Source: Fastidiosibacter lacustris | GTDB taxonomy: Bacteria; Pseudomonadota; Gammaproteobacteria; Francisellales; Francisellaceae | NCBI RefSeq assembly: GCF_003428155.1 | Contig: NZ_QLIR01000016.1 | Coordinates: 1-32,000 of the forward strand | Direction of reading: 5' to 3' | Length of the DNA stretch: 32,000 nucleotides | Part shown: positions 8,884-18,778 of the stretch, piece after piece | Layout of the letters: each line of letters starts with the position of its first letter | How positions within the stretch are numbered: position 1 is the stretch's first letter | Position numbers and translations under genes: made by a program | The notes under the pieces: model-generated | Told to the model about the DNA's origin: nothing | Databases searched by the model: none | What the model saw: only the letters and a program-made list of their open reading frames with translations

Positions 8884-9809
8884 AAAGATGAGATGAGTCT
8901 AGTACATTCATTATCGTAACTCACTGTAAACTCTCGTCTTTCGCCTGTTTTAGGATCACTGAATTCAAGTTTGGCAGAGTGTAAAAAAAGGCGCTTAAAT
9001 CCTTGTTGATAAAGTTTTTTATCTTGCTCTTCTACCCCATATTTTTTATCACAAACAATTGGATGATCAAATGCGGCTAAATGAACACGAATTTGGTGGG
9101 TACGTCCTGTGTGAGGAGTTGCCTCAACAAGTGTGTAGTCATCAAATTTTTGTAAAATGCGAATGCTTGTTAGAGCATCTTTGCCTTGTATTTTGTCAAC
9201 TTTGACTACACGCTCGCCATGCGGCAAAAGGTGGCGTTTAAGTGGTAGATCAATTTGCTTGACTTTGTTCGACCACGTACCGTGCACTAATGCATGATAA
9301 GTTTTTTGTATTTCACGTTTTTTCAAAGCTTCATGGAAATATGTTAGGATGCTATATTTTTTAGCAATGATCATGCAACCTGATGTTTCTTTGTCTAACC
9401 GATGAGCAAGCTCCAGTTTTTTAGCGTATGGACGTAATTGTCTTAAGCGTTCAATCAAACCAGAACTCACGCCTGAACCACCATGTACCGCAACGCCTGA
9501 AGGTTTATTAATAATCATATAATCGTCGTTTTCATATAAAATAAGCGACTCAAGGAAGTTCAGATGATCTGCGCTGATTTTTATTGATTTGTGATCATCT
9601 TCTAATGTGAACGGTGGAATGCGGATAATATCACCTATTTGGACACGATAGGTTTGTTTGATGCGTTTTTTATTCACCCGCAGCTCACCCTTACGAATCC
9701 AACGATAAATCAAAGTTTTTGGCAATTTGCTAAATTGACCGATTAAAAAGTTATCAATGCGCTGACCATTACGATCTGGATCAACATTTAGGTATTGAAC
9801 TGAAGTCAT
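8880..9809 (-). CDS. rluC: 23S rRNA pseudouridine synthase RluC (RluA family)
   Basis: S4-like N-terminus 'GQRIDNFLIGQFSKLPKTLIYRWIRKGELRVNKKR', 'VNKPSGVAVHGGSG', 'LAHRLDKETSGCMIIAK', 'HTGRTHQIRVHL'. Confidence 0.93.
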   Translation of the reverse strand: MTSVQYLNVDPDRNGQRIDNFLIGQFSKLPKTLIYRWIRKGELRVNKKRIKQTYRVQIGDIIRIPPFTLEDDHKSIKISADHLNFLESLILYENDDYMIINKPSGVAVHGGSGVSSGLIERLRQLRPYAKKLELAHRLDKETSGCMIIAKKYSILTYFHEALKKREIQKTYHALVHGTWSNKVKQIDLPLKRHLLPHGERVVKVDKIQGKDALTSIRILQKFDDYTLVEATPHTGRTHQIRVHLAAFDHPIVCDKKYGVEEQDKKLYQQGFKRLFLHSAKLEFSDPKTGERREFTVSYDNECTRLISSF

Positions 9810-10049
9810 ATTAGTGCCTTTATTTACTCCGACATAAACGCTTGACGTTGTTGGTAAGTGTCTTGCTGATGAAAAACTTTAGTTAAGTGTACCAAAAAAA
9901 ATAACAAAAATGCTGAGAAAATTGAAATCTGTCCAAAAGCAGATTGTGATCAAGATTTAAAAATCGCGAAGGTAATTATGCTGTGATATTTACTCATAAA
10001 GCGATGGAGTGCTCGTAAATTCTTCGACTTTTAAGCGTGGTTGGTTACA

Positions 10050-10073
10050 ATAGTCTGGTTTTATTTAGACTAT
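10050..10073 (+). promoter_or_regulatory. Small inverted repeat in the kbl leader, immediately upstream of the RBS
   Basis: 'atagtct ggttttattt agactat': 7-bp perfect arms, 10-nt loop, ending about 15 nt before the kbl start codon. Confidence 0.3.
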
Positions 10074-10088
10074 CAAAAAGGACGCATA

Positions 10089-11282
10089 ATGAATAAAGCA
10101 TTTTACGATTACCTTAAACAAGGCATTCAAGAAATTAAAGACGCTGGTATCTATAAAGCTGAGCGTATTCTTAACTCTCCTCAGTCTTCAGATATTACCT
10201 TAAAAAATGGAGAGCATGTCATTAACTTCTGTGCCAATAATTATTTGGGGCTGGCAGATAATAAAAAACTGATTGAAACAGCTAAGTTAGCATTAGATAA
10301 ATATGGCTATGGCTCAGCATCTGTACGCTTTATTTGTGGGACTCAAACACCGCACAAAGAGCTGGAAGAGTTGATTAGTGATTATTTGAAGATGGACGAA
10401 ACCATCGTTTTTCCATCTTGCTTTGACGCAAATGGTGGTGTGTTTGAATCACTATTAAATACAGAGGATGCCATTATTAGTGATCAATTGAATCATGCTA
10501 GTATTATTGATGGAATCCGCTTATGCAAAGCAATGCGTTTTCGCTATCAAAACAATCATATGGCAGATTTAGAAACGCAGTTAAAAGCAGCAGATGAAAA
10601 AGGTGCGCGCTTTAAGCTGATCGTAACTGATGGTGTGTTCTCAATGGATGGTATTATCACAAATTTAAAGGGCATATGTGATTTAGCCGATAAATATCAT
10701 GCACTTGTCATGGTTGATGATTCACATGCCACTGGTTTTATTGGTGAAAAGGGACGGGGCACACCAAGCTTTTGTGGGGTTGAAGGTCGAGTTGATATTA
10801 TCACTAGTACACTTGGTAAAGCATTAGGTGGCGCTTCAGGTGGTTTTGTTGCAGCACGCGCACCAATTGCTGAAATGCTAAAACAAAAAGCACGCCCTTA
10901 TTTGTTTTCAAACTCTCTGGCACCGATAATTGCAGCAACCTCAATTGAAGCGATTAAGTTAGCAATACATTCAGATGAACGCAGAGAAATCTTACAACGT
11001 AATCAAAAGTATTTTAGACAAAAGATGACCGAAGCAGGATTCAACCTTATTCCAGGACAGCATCCTATTATTCCTGTAATGTTATATGAAGAGAAAAAAG
11101 CAGCGCAAATGGCAGAACAACTACTTAAAAAAGGTATTTATGTCATCGCATTTTCTTATCCTGTGGTACCAAAAGGCTTAGCACGTATTCGGACGCAGAT
11201 GTCGGCAGCACATACGGTTGAACAAATCGATAAAACTGTAGCTGCCTTTATTGAAGTTGGTAAAAAAATGGGTGTGATTTAA
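10089..11282 (+). CDS. kbl: Glycine C-acetyltransferase (2-amino-3-ketobutyrate CoA ligase)
   Basis: 'INFCANNYLGLADN', 'SVRFICGTQTPHKELE', 'VMVDDSHATGFIGEKGRGT', PLP-Lys motif 'TSTLGKALGGASGG'. ORF starts at 10041, but the homologous start is the internal ATG at 10089. Confidence 0.95.
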   Translation: MNKAFYDYLKQGIQEIKDAGIYKAERILNSPQSSDITLKNGEHVINFCANNYLGLADNKKLIETAKLALDKYGYGSASVRFICGTQTPHKELEELISDYLKMDETIVFPSCFDANGGVFESLLNTEDAIISDQLNHASIIDGIRLCKAMRFRYQNNHMADLETQLKAADEKGARFKLIVTDGVFSMDGIITNLKGICDLADKYHALVMVDDSHATGFIGEKGRGTPSFCGVEGRVDIITSTLGKALGGASGGFVAARAPIAEMLKQKARPYLFSNSLAPIIAATSIEAIKLAIHSDERREILQRNQKYFRQKMTEAGFNLIPGQHPIIPVMLYEEKKAAQMAEQLLKKGIYVIAFSYPVVPKGLARIRTQMSAAHTVEQIDKTVAAFIEVGKKMGVI

Positions 11283-12344
11283 ATGCAAAAAACAATGAAA
11301 GCACTATCAAAGCTAAAAGCAGAACCTGGGATTTGGATGACAGAATTACCCATCCCCGAGGTTGGACATAATGATGTATTGATAAAAGTCAAAAAAACAG
11401 CGATTTGTGGTACAGATTTACATATTTACTTATGGGATGAGTGGTCACAAAAAACAATTCCAATCCCCATGGCAGTTGGACATGAATTCGTTGGTGAAAT
11501 CATTGAAGTAGGCTGTGAAGTAAAAGGATTTAAAGTAGGTGATCGCGTATCTGGTGAAGGACACATTACTTGTGGTTTTTGTCGCAACTGTCGCGCAGGT
11601 AAGCGTCATCTATGCCGTAATACGGTTGGGGTGGGTGTTAATCGCCAAGGAGCTTTTGCAGAGTACCTAGTCATCCCTGCTGAGAATACTTTTAAAGTGC
11701 CAAATTATGTGGATGATGATATTGCCAGCATGTTTGATCCTTTTGGTAATGCGGTACATACGGCATTATCATTTGATTTAATAGGTGAAGATGTATTAAT
11801 CACCGGTGCTGGTCCAATAGGTATTATGGCTGTAGCCATTGCGCGCCATGTCGGAGCTAAACATATTGTCATCACCGATGTGAACGAATATCGCTTAAAT
11901 CTGGCAAAGCAATTGGGTGCAGATATCGCACTTAACGTAAGCGTGTATAAATCAGCACAAGAACAAGCTGATGCACTTAAAAAATGTATGCAGCAATTAG
12001 GTATGACAGAAGGTTTTGACGTTGGCATGGAAATGTCTGGTAATCAAAGTGCTATTCCAGCAATGATTAAAACAATGAATAATGGTGGCAGTATTGCCAT
12101 GCTTGGCATCAGTAAGGGAGAGCTCAGTGTACCTTGGAACGATATTGTATTTAAAGGCTTGCATTTAAAAGGCATCTATGGACGTGAAATTTATGAAACT
12201 TGGTACAAAATGGCAAGTATGGTGGGCTCAGGTTTAAATATTAGTTCTGTCATTACACACCAGTTTCATATAGATGACTTTATCAAAGGATTTGAATTAA
12301 TGAAGTCTGGTCAGTGTGGTAAAGTAATTTTGAATTGGAGCTAG
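11283..12344 (+). CDS. tdh: L-threonine 3-dehydrogenase
   Basis: '[25 protein letters not shown]', zinc-ADH 'GHEFVGEI', '[15 protein letters not shown]'. Starts directly after the kbl stop codon. Confidence 0.96.
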   Translation: MQKTMKALSKLKAEPGIWMTELPIPEVGHNDVLIKVKKTAICGTDLHIYLWDEWSQKTIPIPMAVGHEFVGEIIEVGCEVKGFKVGDRVSGEGHITCGFCRNCRAGKRHLCRNTVGVGVNRQGAFAEYLVIPAENTFKVPNYVDDDIASMFDPFGNAVHTALSFDLIGEDVLITGAGPIGIMAVAIARHVGAKHIVITDVNEYRLNLAKQLGADIALNVSVYKSAQEQADALKKCMQQLGMTEGFDVGMEMSGNQSAIPAMIKTMNNGGSIAMLGISKGELSVPWNDIVFKGLHLKGIYGREIYETWYKMASMVGSGLNISSVITHQFHIDDFIKGFELMKSGQCGKVILNWS

Positions 12345-12468
12345 AGTCTGTCTCTCCATCTAACTGTGTAAATTTTTCATAATTCCAAATTCTGCCTTCA
12401 AATTTGATTAAAAAATGAGACATAGCTTCACTCCAATTGGGAGTATTCAAATAATTGTGTAAATTCAT
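12344..12468 (-). mobile_element. C-terminal remnant plus terminal inverted repeat of an IS256-family (mutator-type) insertion sequence
   Basis: Minus-strand translation 'NTPNWSEAMSHFLIKFEGRI' resembles the C-terminal tail of IS256-family transposases. It is followed by an end-like sequence (plus strand 'gagtctgtctctccatctaactgtgtaaatt') abutting the tdh stop. Confidence 0.5.
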
Positions 12469-12505
12469 TCCTAGGTTATGATGATAAAAACATATAATCT
12501 AGGAA
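12468..12505. repeat. Inverted repeat between the two IS256-like remnants
   Basis: 'ttcctaggttat'...'ataatctaggaa': 12-nt arms, 11 of 12 complementary, 14-nt spacer. Confidence 0.5.
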
Positions 12506-12526
12506 CGAAAGACGAGAAATAGAAAA

Positions 12527-12672
12527 CAAAATGAAGCTTTAAATCAAGCGCGTGATCTGATTGTTGATTCAGGCGCTGATCTGTCAAATTTATTTAAATC
12601 AGAAGGTTTGCTAAAACAACTCACATAAGGGTTAATTGAATGCGCTTTACAAAGTGAATTAAAATTTGAATA
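12527..12672 (+). mobile_element. N-terminal remnant of an IS256-family transposase with in-frame stop
   Basis: Plus-strand translation 'NEALNQARDLIVDSGADLSNLFKSEGLLKQLT*GLIECALQSELKFEY' matches the conserved N-terminal 'GLLKQLTKxLxExALxxEL' region of IS256-family transposases, with one nonsense codon (TAA after KQLT). Confidence 0.75.
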
Positions 12673-12683
12673 TTTCCTTAAAT

Positions 12684-13391
12684 TTATCTAATTTCCTTCA
12701 ACTGCTCTTGTGCTTTTGCTATCAGATCTGAATGTGGGTATTTTGCAATGATTTCATCAAGGTATTTTTTTGCTATTTTGCTGTTGCCTTTACTTATTTC
12801 CAGTAATGCCAAGGCATACGTTGCATCGGCGATTTTAATACTTTTAGGATATCGTGTTACAATCGTTTTGAACTGTTGATAAGCAAAATCTATGTCACCA
12901 TTGATAAGGTAAATTTGCCCCAACAAATATAAAGATTCTGAATAGTGCTCACCATTGTAATAATCTTTAAGATATTGCTTAAATAAGCCCTCAGCATCTT
13001 TATACTTTTTCGCTAGTAGTGCTTTACTTGCTTTGTCAAACGCAGCGTTATCATTTTCTAACCTTAACTCCTTGGGTGAGGGTTTATTGATTTCTTTTTT
13101 AAGCGCATTTAACTCTTTTTCAAAAGTCGCAAGCTTGGAATCTATCAACACATTAAGTTGATTGATTTTATAGCTATTGAGCTCAATTTGACCACGTAAG
13201 TCATTGAGCTGTTGACGAAAATCTTGATTACTGACCTTATTTTGTTGATTAATCAAATATTGCACTTGATTGCTCAGCTTAGTAGTTTCAAGTTTAAGGT
13301 TTGCAACATCCGCATTTAAGTTTGCAAACACTAAACCTGGCGCAAAAACAAGCAACACCCCGCATATGCCTAGCTTTCTTACTTTTGTCAT
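12684..13391 (-). CDS. cpoB: Cell division coordinator CpoB (YbgF), TPR protein of the Tol-Pal cluster
   Basis: Signal peptide, N-terminal coiled coil, TPR-like 'AFDKASKALLAKKYKDAEGLFKQYLKDYYNGEHYSESLYLLGQIY', gene order after pal. Confidence 0.93.
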   Translation of the reverse strand: MTKVRKLGICGVLLVFAPGLVFANLNADVANLKLETTKLSNQVQYLINQQNKVSNQDFRQQLNDLRGQIELNSYKINQLNVLIDSKLATFEKELNALKKEINKPSPKELRLENDNAAFDKASKALLAKKYKDAEGLFKQYLKDYYNGEHYSESLYLLGQIYLINGDIDFAYQQFKTIVTRYPKSIKIADATYALALLEISKGNSKIAKKYLDEIIAKYPHSDLIAKAQEQLKEIR

Positions 13392-13404
13392 AACTACTTA
13401 TCCA

Positions 13405-14085
13405 TTAACCGCATTGTTGACCAAATTCAAGCTCGGTGCGGCGATCCAAATAATAAGCATGCTGACGTGCTTTGGCTTTACATGCCACATTTTCAGTAGC
13501 TCCACACATTTGTGCATAAAATTGAGAAGGAGCCGCAGCAGGTTGTGATTTACCGTAACTCACCGTGCAAACATCTCCTCCTGTTACACCTTGTTGTAAC
13601 AAGTATTGACGCACATTATCGGCGCGACGCTGACCAAGGTTTAAGTTATATTTTTCACTTCCGCGTGGATCAGTGTGACCTGCTAAGCGAATCGGTTGAT
13701 TGTATTTCAATAAATAACTCGCTACTTGATTTAAGCAGCTTTTTGCATCAGCGGTAAGCTCTGTACTATCAAACGCAAAATAGACACGCTGACATGACGA
13801 CATACTATTTAATGCTGCCATCATTTGTTGTTGCTGTTTAGGGGTATATTGACCAATATTAGCAATTTGACTTTGCAAGTCAGCAATACTTTGACTATCC
13901 AAGCTACCAGCTTGACCTAGTGCATTTGTTTCAACGTCAGAATTTGTTGCACTTGTCCCCAAACCACCTTCGGGTCCAACTCCTTCAATCGGAGCCTGCC
14001 TCTGTGAAGCGCAACCTGCAACGAATAATATCGATAATAAACTTGCCATTGCCAAAAGATTTTTTTTTGTTTGTTTATTTGCCAT
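13405..14085 (-). CDS. pal: Peptidoglycan-associated lipoprotein Pal
   Basis: Lipobox 'LFVAGCAS', OmpA-like domain 'VYFAFDSTEL...LAGHTDPRGSEKYNLNLGQRRADNVRQYL'. Confidence 0.95.
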   Translation of the reverse strand: MANKQTKKNLLAMASLLSILFVAGCASQRQAPIEGVGPEGGLGTSATNSDVETNALGQAGSLDSQSIADLQSQIANIGQYTPKQQQQMMAALNSMSSCQRVYFAFDSTELTADAKSCLNQVASYLLKYNQPIRLAGHTDPRGSEKYNLNLGQRRADNVRQYLLQQGVTGGDVCTVSYGKSQPAAAPSQFYAQMCGATENVACKAKARQHAYYLDRRTELEFGQQCG

Positions 14086-14145
14086 TTTTAGTCCTTAATT
14101 ATTTTTTTACTACCCGTGATTTTTAGAAAATCAGAATACTATAAT

Positions 14146-15465
14146 TTATATCATCTGTGACCATGCAGGAGATTGCACTGCTCCTACGGTATTGGATGGT
14201 AAGGTAATTTGCACCTTGCCGTCAATGGATACCATCGCTAGATTCGCCCCTCCCCCTACTTGCCCTTGACTGTAGATAATCATATTGCCATCAGGGGAAA
14301 CGCTTGGCGAAGAATCCATTTGTCCTTGTGTGAGTACTGTAATTTTTTGAGTCGCTAGATCAACTTTTGCGATTTGAGTACCCGAATTACCATCTTTCTG
14401 ATACATAAATACAATGTTTTGACCATTTGGCGTATACTGCGGATCAAAAGCTTGATTTGGTCCATAGGTTAAGCGCTCAGATGAAGGGTATTTACTGTTA
14501 ATATCAGTGATATAAATCTGCGGACTCCCGCCCCGATTAGAAACGAATGCTAACTGCTTGCCTGAGGGTGAAAAGGCAGGTGCGGTATTGATACCATTTA
14601 AGGTTAATTTCTTATAAAGCTTATTATTATTCAAATTCATCAAATAAATATTCGTGTTTTCCGAATACCCTTGTGATAAGGCCATAGCTAGTGTATTTCC
14701 ATCTGGTGAGAACGCAGGTGAGCTATTAATACCCTGATAACTTGCCACTTTTTTGCGTTGCCCAGTGTACACCTCAATCGTATAAATCGCCATATTTCCT
14801 CTGCTATAACTTACATAAGCAATAGTTTTGCCATCCTTTGACCAACTGGGTGACATGATCGGTTCTTTTGTTTGACGTAACAATACATGGGGATTAAAAC
14901 CATCATAATCTGACACAATGAGCTGATATACGGCTTTTTTTGTATCATAAGGATTTTCAACGTCTACATAGACAAGCTTAGAAGTAAAATAACCTTTGCT
15001 ACCTGTGATTGCTTCATAAATGAAATTACTAATTGTATGGGCAACCGATCGTAGTTGATTACTTTTGATATTGCTAAATTTACGTGCACTTAACACACTG
15101 TTACTTAATTTACTGACTAGCTCATAGCTTATATCATAGCTACCACCATTATCTTGAACCTCCCCAATCACAATGTAATCTGCAGACCATTTGGACCAAT
15201 TGATCTCACTCACACGATTAAGTTTTTGCCGAAAATCCTTTGTTTGTGGCGCCAAACGACCTGAGTTTCTTAAATCATCTGCAATCACGTAAGAAATGCC
15301 ATCTGGTACTTCAGTATTTTTAGGGTAGGCACCACTAAATGGCATTACTGCCACAGGAATTTGCTGTGAGACGCCTTGGGTAATGTTAATCGTAAGCCTT
15401 GCTTGTACTGCTACTGTCGACACAACTAAAAAAATCATTGTCAAAGCTTGGAATAGTTTTTGCAT
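14146..15465 (-). CDS. tolB: Tol-Pal system beta-propeller protein TolB
   Basis: 'FNPHVLLRQTKEPIMSPSWSKDGKTIAYVSY', repeated beta-propeller blades 'SPAFSPDGNTLAMAL', 'APAFSPSGKQLAFVSNRGG'. Confidence 0.96.
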   Translation of the reverse strand: MQKLFQALTMIFLVVSTVAVQARLTINITQGVSQQIPVAVMPFSGAYPKNTEVPDGISYVIADDLRNSGRLAPQTKDFRQKLNRVSEINWSKWSADYIVIGEVQDNGGSYDISYELVSKLSNSVLSARKFSNIKSNQLRSVAHTISNFIYEAITGSKGYFTSKLVYVDVENPYDTKKAVYQLIVSDYDGFNPHVLLRQTKEPIMSPSWSKDGKTIAYVSYSRGNMAIYTIEVYTGQRKKVASYQGINSSPAFSPDGNTLAMALSQGYSENTNIYLMNLNNNKLYKKLTLNGINTAPAFSPSGKQLAFVSNRGGSPQIYITDINSKYPSSERLTYGPNQAFDPQYTPNGQNIVFMYQKDGNSGTQIAKVDLATQKITVLTQGQMDSSPSVSPDGNMIIYSQGQVGGGANLAMVSIDGKVQITLPSNTVGAVQSPAWSQMI

Positions 15466-15468
15466 TGT

Positions 15469-16461
15469 TTATCCTTGTTCACCAAATTGAAAATCAATAC
15501 CTTCTGATATGAGTTTTTTTGCACCAATATCGTTTGGTAAAGTAGGTGCTTGTACGTTTTTAAATGCTAATAATAATGACCGATCACATTGCATATTACC
15601 ACTAGAAACGAAAATCGTTGGTGTGCGTCCTGGAATAACCGTCACTGTAGGCAACTGATTTGCACTGATTTTACGGCAATCATCCATTATCCATACGGCT
15701 TCAATACGTGCCTTATACGCTTGAGCATAAGTCTGTAGAGCTTTTTGCGTTGCACTTTGTGCGGCTAGTTCAGCGCTTTGGGCATTTAAATCATTTAATG
15801 CTGATTGCTGTAAAGCCTTTAATGCCTCTTGCTGACGAACTTTGGCTTGTGCTTGTTGCTCTAATTTGAGCACTTTTTGGCGTTCAAGCTCAGCTGCTTT
15901 AGATTGTGCTTCTTGCTTTAGTTTTTGTTCTTTTTCTTTCTGCTCTTTTTGTGCTTTTTCACGTAACACCTGTTGCTTTTTTTCTTCTACTTGAATCTTG
16001 AGTTTTTCCTCTTGTGCTTTTTGTTTTGCTTCTTCAGCAAGCCTTAGCTGTTCTTGACGTACGGCTTCTTGTTTTGCTTGAGTCAGCTTTTCTTCCATTT
16101 CTTTTATTTTATCCTGGCGTTTGCGCGCTTGAATTTGTTGTTGCTCATAAACTTGTTGCACAGCTTGATAGGCTTTTAACTCTTTATCTAAGTCTTCGCT
16201 AGATATCGCTTGAGCTTGCACAATCTCTTTATTTGAGATGTTTACAAGCGGAAGATTAGCAGTTAGGTTTAAGGTTTGTTTATTACTCTGCAATATTGCC
16301 TTTAATGCCACCAAACCAATCAGCAAACCAATATGTAATAACACGGAATAAACGAAACTACGACGCTCAAACGTTTTTGTGACACTTACATAGATTAGTT
16401 TTATTTGGTCAAATACTGCTTTTTTTGTTGCCTTACGCATATGACTATCGTTGCGAGTCAT
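15469..16461 (-). CDS. tolA: Cell envelope integrity protein TolA
   Basis: Single N-terminal TM, long Q/K/E/A-rich helical domain, C-terminal 'TLPTVTVIPGRTPTIFVSSGNMQCDRSLLLAF'; position between tolR and tolB. Confidence 0.88.
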   Translation of the reverse strand: MTRNDSHMRKATKKAVFDQIKLIYVSVTKTFERRSFVYSVLLHIGLLIGLVALKAILQSNKQTLNLTANLPLVNISNKEIVQAQAISSEDLDKELKAYQAVQQVYEQQQIQARKRQDKIKEMEEKLTQAKQEAVRQEQLRLAEEAKQKAQEEKLKIQVEEKKQQVLREKAQKEQKEKEQKLKQEAQSKAAELERQKVLKLEQQAQAKVRQQEALKALQQSALNDLNAQSAELAAQSATQKALQTYAQAYKARIEAVWIMDDCRKISANQLPTVTVIPGRTPTIFVSSGNMQCDRSLLLAFKNVQAPTLPNDIGAKKLISEGIDFQFGEQG

Positions 16462-16876
16462 CGGTTACCAATCCCACACTTGCTACACCCGCTTTTTGCA
16501 ATAACACCATTGCTTCTACAACCTGTCCATAGCTTGCATTTTTATCGCCTCGCACATACACCTGTTTACCTTTATCTTGAGATAAGGTAGTACTAATAAT
16601 ACTTGTAAGCTGCGCTGCTGTAAGCGCGGTATTCTCATTGTTACGATTTAAGAAATATTGCCCTTGCTGATTGACGGTAACAATCAAGGGCTTTTGATCA
16701 GTTGGTGGAATCTTCTGTGCCTGAGCCTGTGGCAAATCGACCTTGACCCCTTGGGTGAGCATTGGTGCAGTGATCATAAAAATAACCAAAAGCACAAGCA
16801 TCACGTCAATATAAGGAACAACATTAATTTCAACCATCGCCTTACCTGTGGTACGGCGAGAGTGTTTACGACGCAT
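16445..16876 (-). CDS. tolR: Protein TolR (ExbD/TolR family)
   Basis: 'MVEINVVPYIDVMLVLLVIFMITAPMLTQGVKVDLPQA' and 'VYVRGDKNASYGQVVEAMVLLQKAG'. Confidence 0.95.
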   Translation of the reverse strand: MRRKHSRRTTGKAMVEINVVPYIDVMLVLLVIFMITAPMLTQGVKVDLPQAQAQKIPPTDQKPLIVTVNQQGQYFLNRNNENTALTAAQLTSIISTTLSQDKGKQVYVRGDKNASYGQVVEAMVLLQKAGVASVGLVTDDSQR

Positions 16877-17571
16877 TATAGTGCCTCGCTGATACCTGGT
16901 TTATATGCTTCACGATAAAGCAAAGTACAAAGCTCATCTTGAAAATTCTCATATTCCAATAACATTGCATCTACTGCACGCGAATAGCGGTTATAACCCA
17001 CAACCGCAGGAATCGCAACAAATAAACCCAATGCAGTGGCAATTAAGGCTTCAGCAATATGAGGAGCCACCATTGACAAAGTAGCCTGCTCAACGCCACT
17101 TAGCGCGGTAAAGGAAGCCATAATTCCCCACACAGTTCCTAATAATCCAACGTAAGGCGCAATCGAACCAATCGTGCCTAAAAGTGAAATTTGATGTTCA
17201 AGCTTTTGGCTTTCTTGCATCATGGCAACACGCATTGAACGCTCAACCCCTTCCAATACAATATCACCATGCAAAGCTGACTGTTTACGTAAACGCATAA
17301 ACTCACGAAAACCGCAACTAAATAAATACGACATGCCCTGTGCTTTTTGCTTATTATGCTGTAACTGCTGATAGACTTTACTGATGTTACCACTTGACCA
17401 AAATTCCTTTACAAATGATTTTGCTTCAAGCCTTGCGCTTTTAATCACATGATAACGTTGGATCATAATCGCCCATGACCAAACTGAACCCACAATTAAA
17501 ATTAATATAATAAGCTGCACCACAATATCTGCATTTAAAACCAAATGCCAAAAAGATAAATTATTGGACAC
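16876..17571 (-). CDS. tolQ: Protein TolQ (MotA/TolQ/ExbB proton channel family)
   Basis: '[68 protein letters not shown]'. Confidence 0.96.
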   Translation of the reverse strand: [231 protein letters not shown]

Positions 17572-17812
17572 ACAAACCCCGCTATTGCTATTAATACAAT
17601 GGCTTTATTATATGATGATTACATAAATTACCAAAGCCTATTACGGCGAAATTGCAAAAACACTGTAGGATTGTTTGCTTAATCAAAATCAATAAAATTT
17701 AAGTGATCCTCACTGACATTGCATTAAGACAAATGCTTGCTATTCCAAAAGCAAGTAAGTGTTGAGAATGCTAATTGCCATATTTCACTCTTCCTTTCCT
17801 TTGAAGCATTAA

Positions 17813-18598
17813 CTAATTAATTGCACCCATACTGACACAATGGTAACCAGCATCGACATGAATCACCTCGCCAGTAATTCCACTTGCTAAGTCAGACGCT
17901 AAAAATGCAACTGTGTTTCCAACCTCCAAAATATCAATATTTCTTTTAAGCGGTGCGACTTGTGCATTATAATCCAACATTTTTCTAAAACTTTTGATCC
18001 CTGATGCTGCTAACGTTCGAATTGGTCCTGCTGAAACTGCATTAGCACGAATACCTTCTGCACCTAAAGATAGTGCTGTATAGCGAACGGTTGCCTCTAA
18101 AGCTGCTTTGGCAACTCCCATTGTGTTATAGCTTGGCATAGCACGCTCGGCACCTAAATAGGTTAAGGTTGTAACGGAGGAGTTTCTACCTTGCATCATT
18201 TTACGCCCTGCCTTTGCTAGTGCTGCAAAACTATATGCACTAATATCATGTGAAATCTTAAATCCTTCGCGTGTTACAGCCGATATAAAATCTCCTTCTA
18301 ACTGATCAGCAGGTGCATATGCGACCGAATGAACGATTCCATCCAAACCCTCCCAGTTTTGTCCTAAAATTGTGAAGACATTTTCAATTTGCTCATCACT
18401 TGTCACATCACATTCAATCAGTGCAGCAGGATGATAATGCTCCGTGAGCTTTTCAATACGCTCTTTGAAACGTTCATTTTGATAAGTAAACGCAAGTTCA
18501 GCACCTTCACGGTGCATCGCTTCTGCCACACCATAAGCAATCGATTTATTGCTTAGTAACCCAACGATTAGAACCTTTTTGTCTTTTAAAAAACCCAT
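17813..18598 (-). CDS. fabI: Enoyl-[acyl-carrier-protein] reductase (NADH)
   Basis: '[34 protein letters not shown]', '[25 protein letters not shown]', '[12 protein letters not shown]'. Confidence 0.96.
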   Translation of the reverse strand: MGFLKDKKVLIVGLLSNKSIAYGVAEAMHREGAELAFTYQNERFKERIEKLTEHYHPAALIECDVTSDEQIENVFTILGQNWEGLDGIVHSVAYAPADQLEGDFISAVTREGFKISHDISAYSFAALAKAGRKMMQGRNSSVTTLTYLGAERAMPSYNTMGVAKAALEATVRYTALSLGAEGIRANAVSAGPIRTLAASGIKSFRKMLDYNAQVAPLKRNIDILEVGNTVAFLASDLASGITGEVIHVDAGYHCVSMGAIN

Positions 18599-18778
18599 TG
18601 ATTTTCCTTAATTTTTAATTAACAAACCGATACACCTATTTATTATGCAATAATTTATCATTTGCTGCAGCAACTAACATAGCATGAATGCTAGATTGTG
18701 TTACCATACCCACTGACTTACTCCATAGTAATTGTGAATCATCTAAAAGCAAAAACAACAGAAACTAAAAGAAAGAAA

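Noticed and set aside
11705-12028. Antisense ORF within tdh, and similarly 18853..19119 and 21528..21839
   Set aside because: These are antisense shadows of strongly conserved genes. Their Pro/Ser/Ala-rich composition is typical of reversed coding sequence.
15700-16300. Repetitive pattern in tolA region as tandem repeat or CRISPR-like array
   Set aside because: It encodes the Q/K/E/A-rich helical domain typical of TolA. There are no regular direct repeats with unique spacers.
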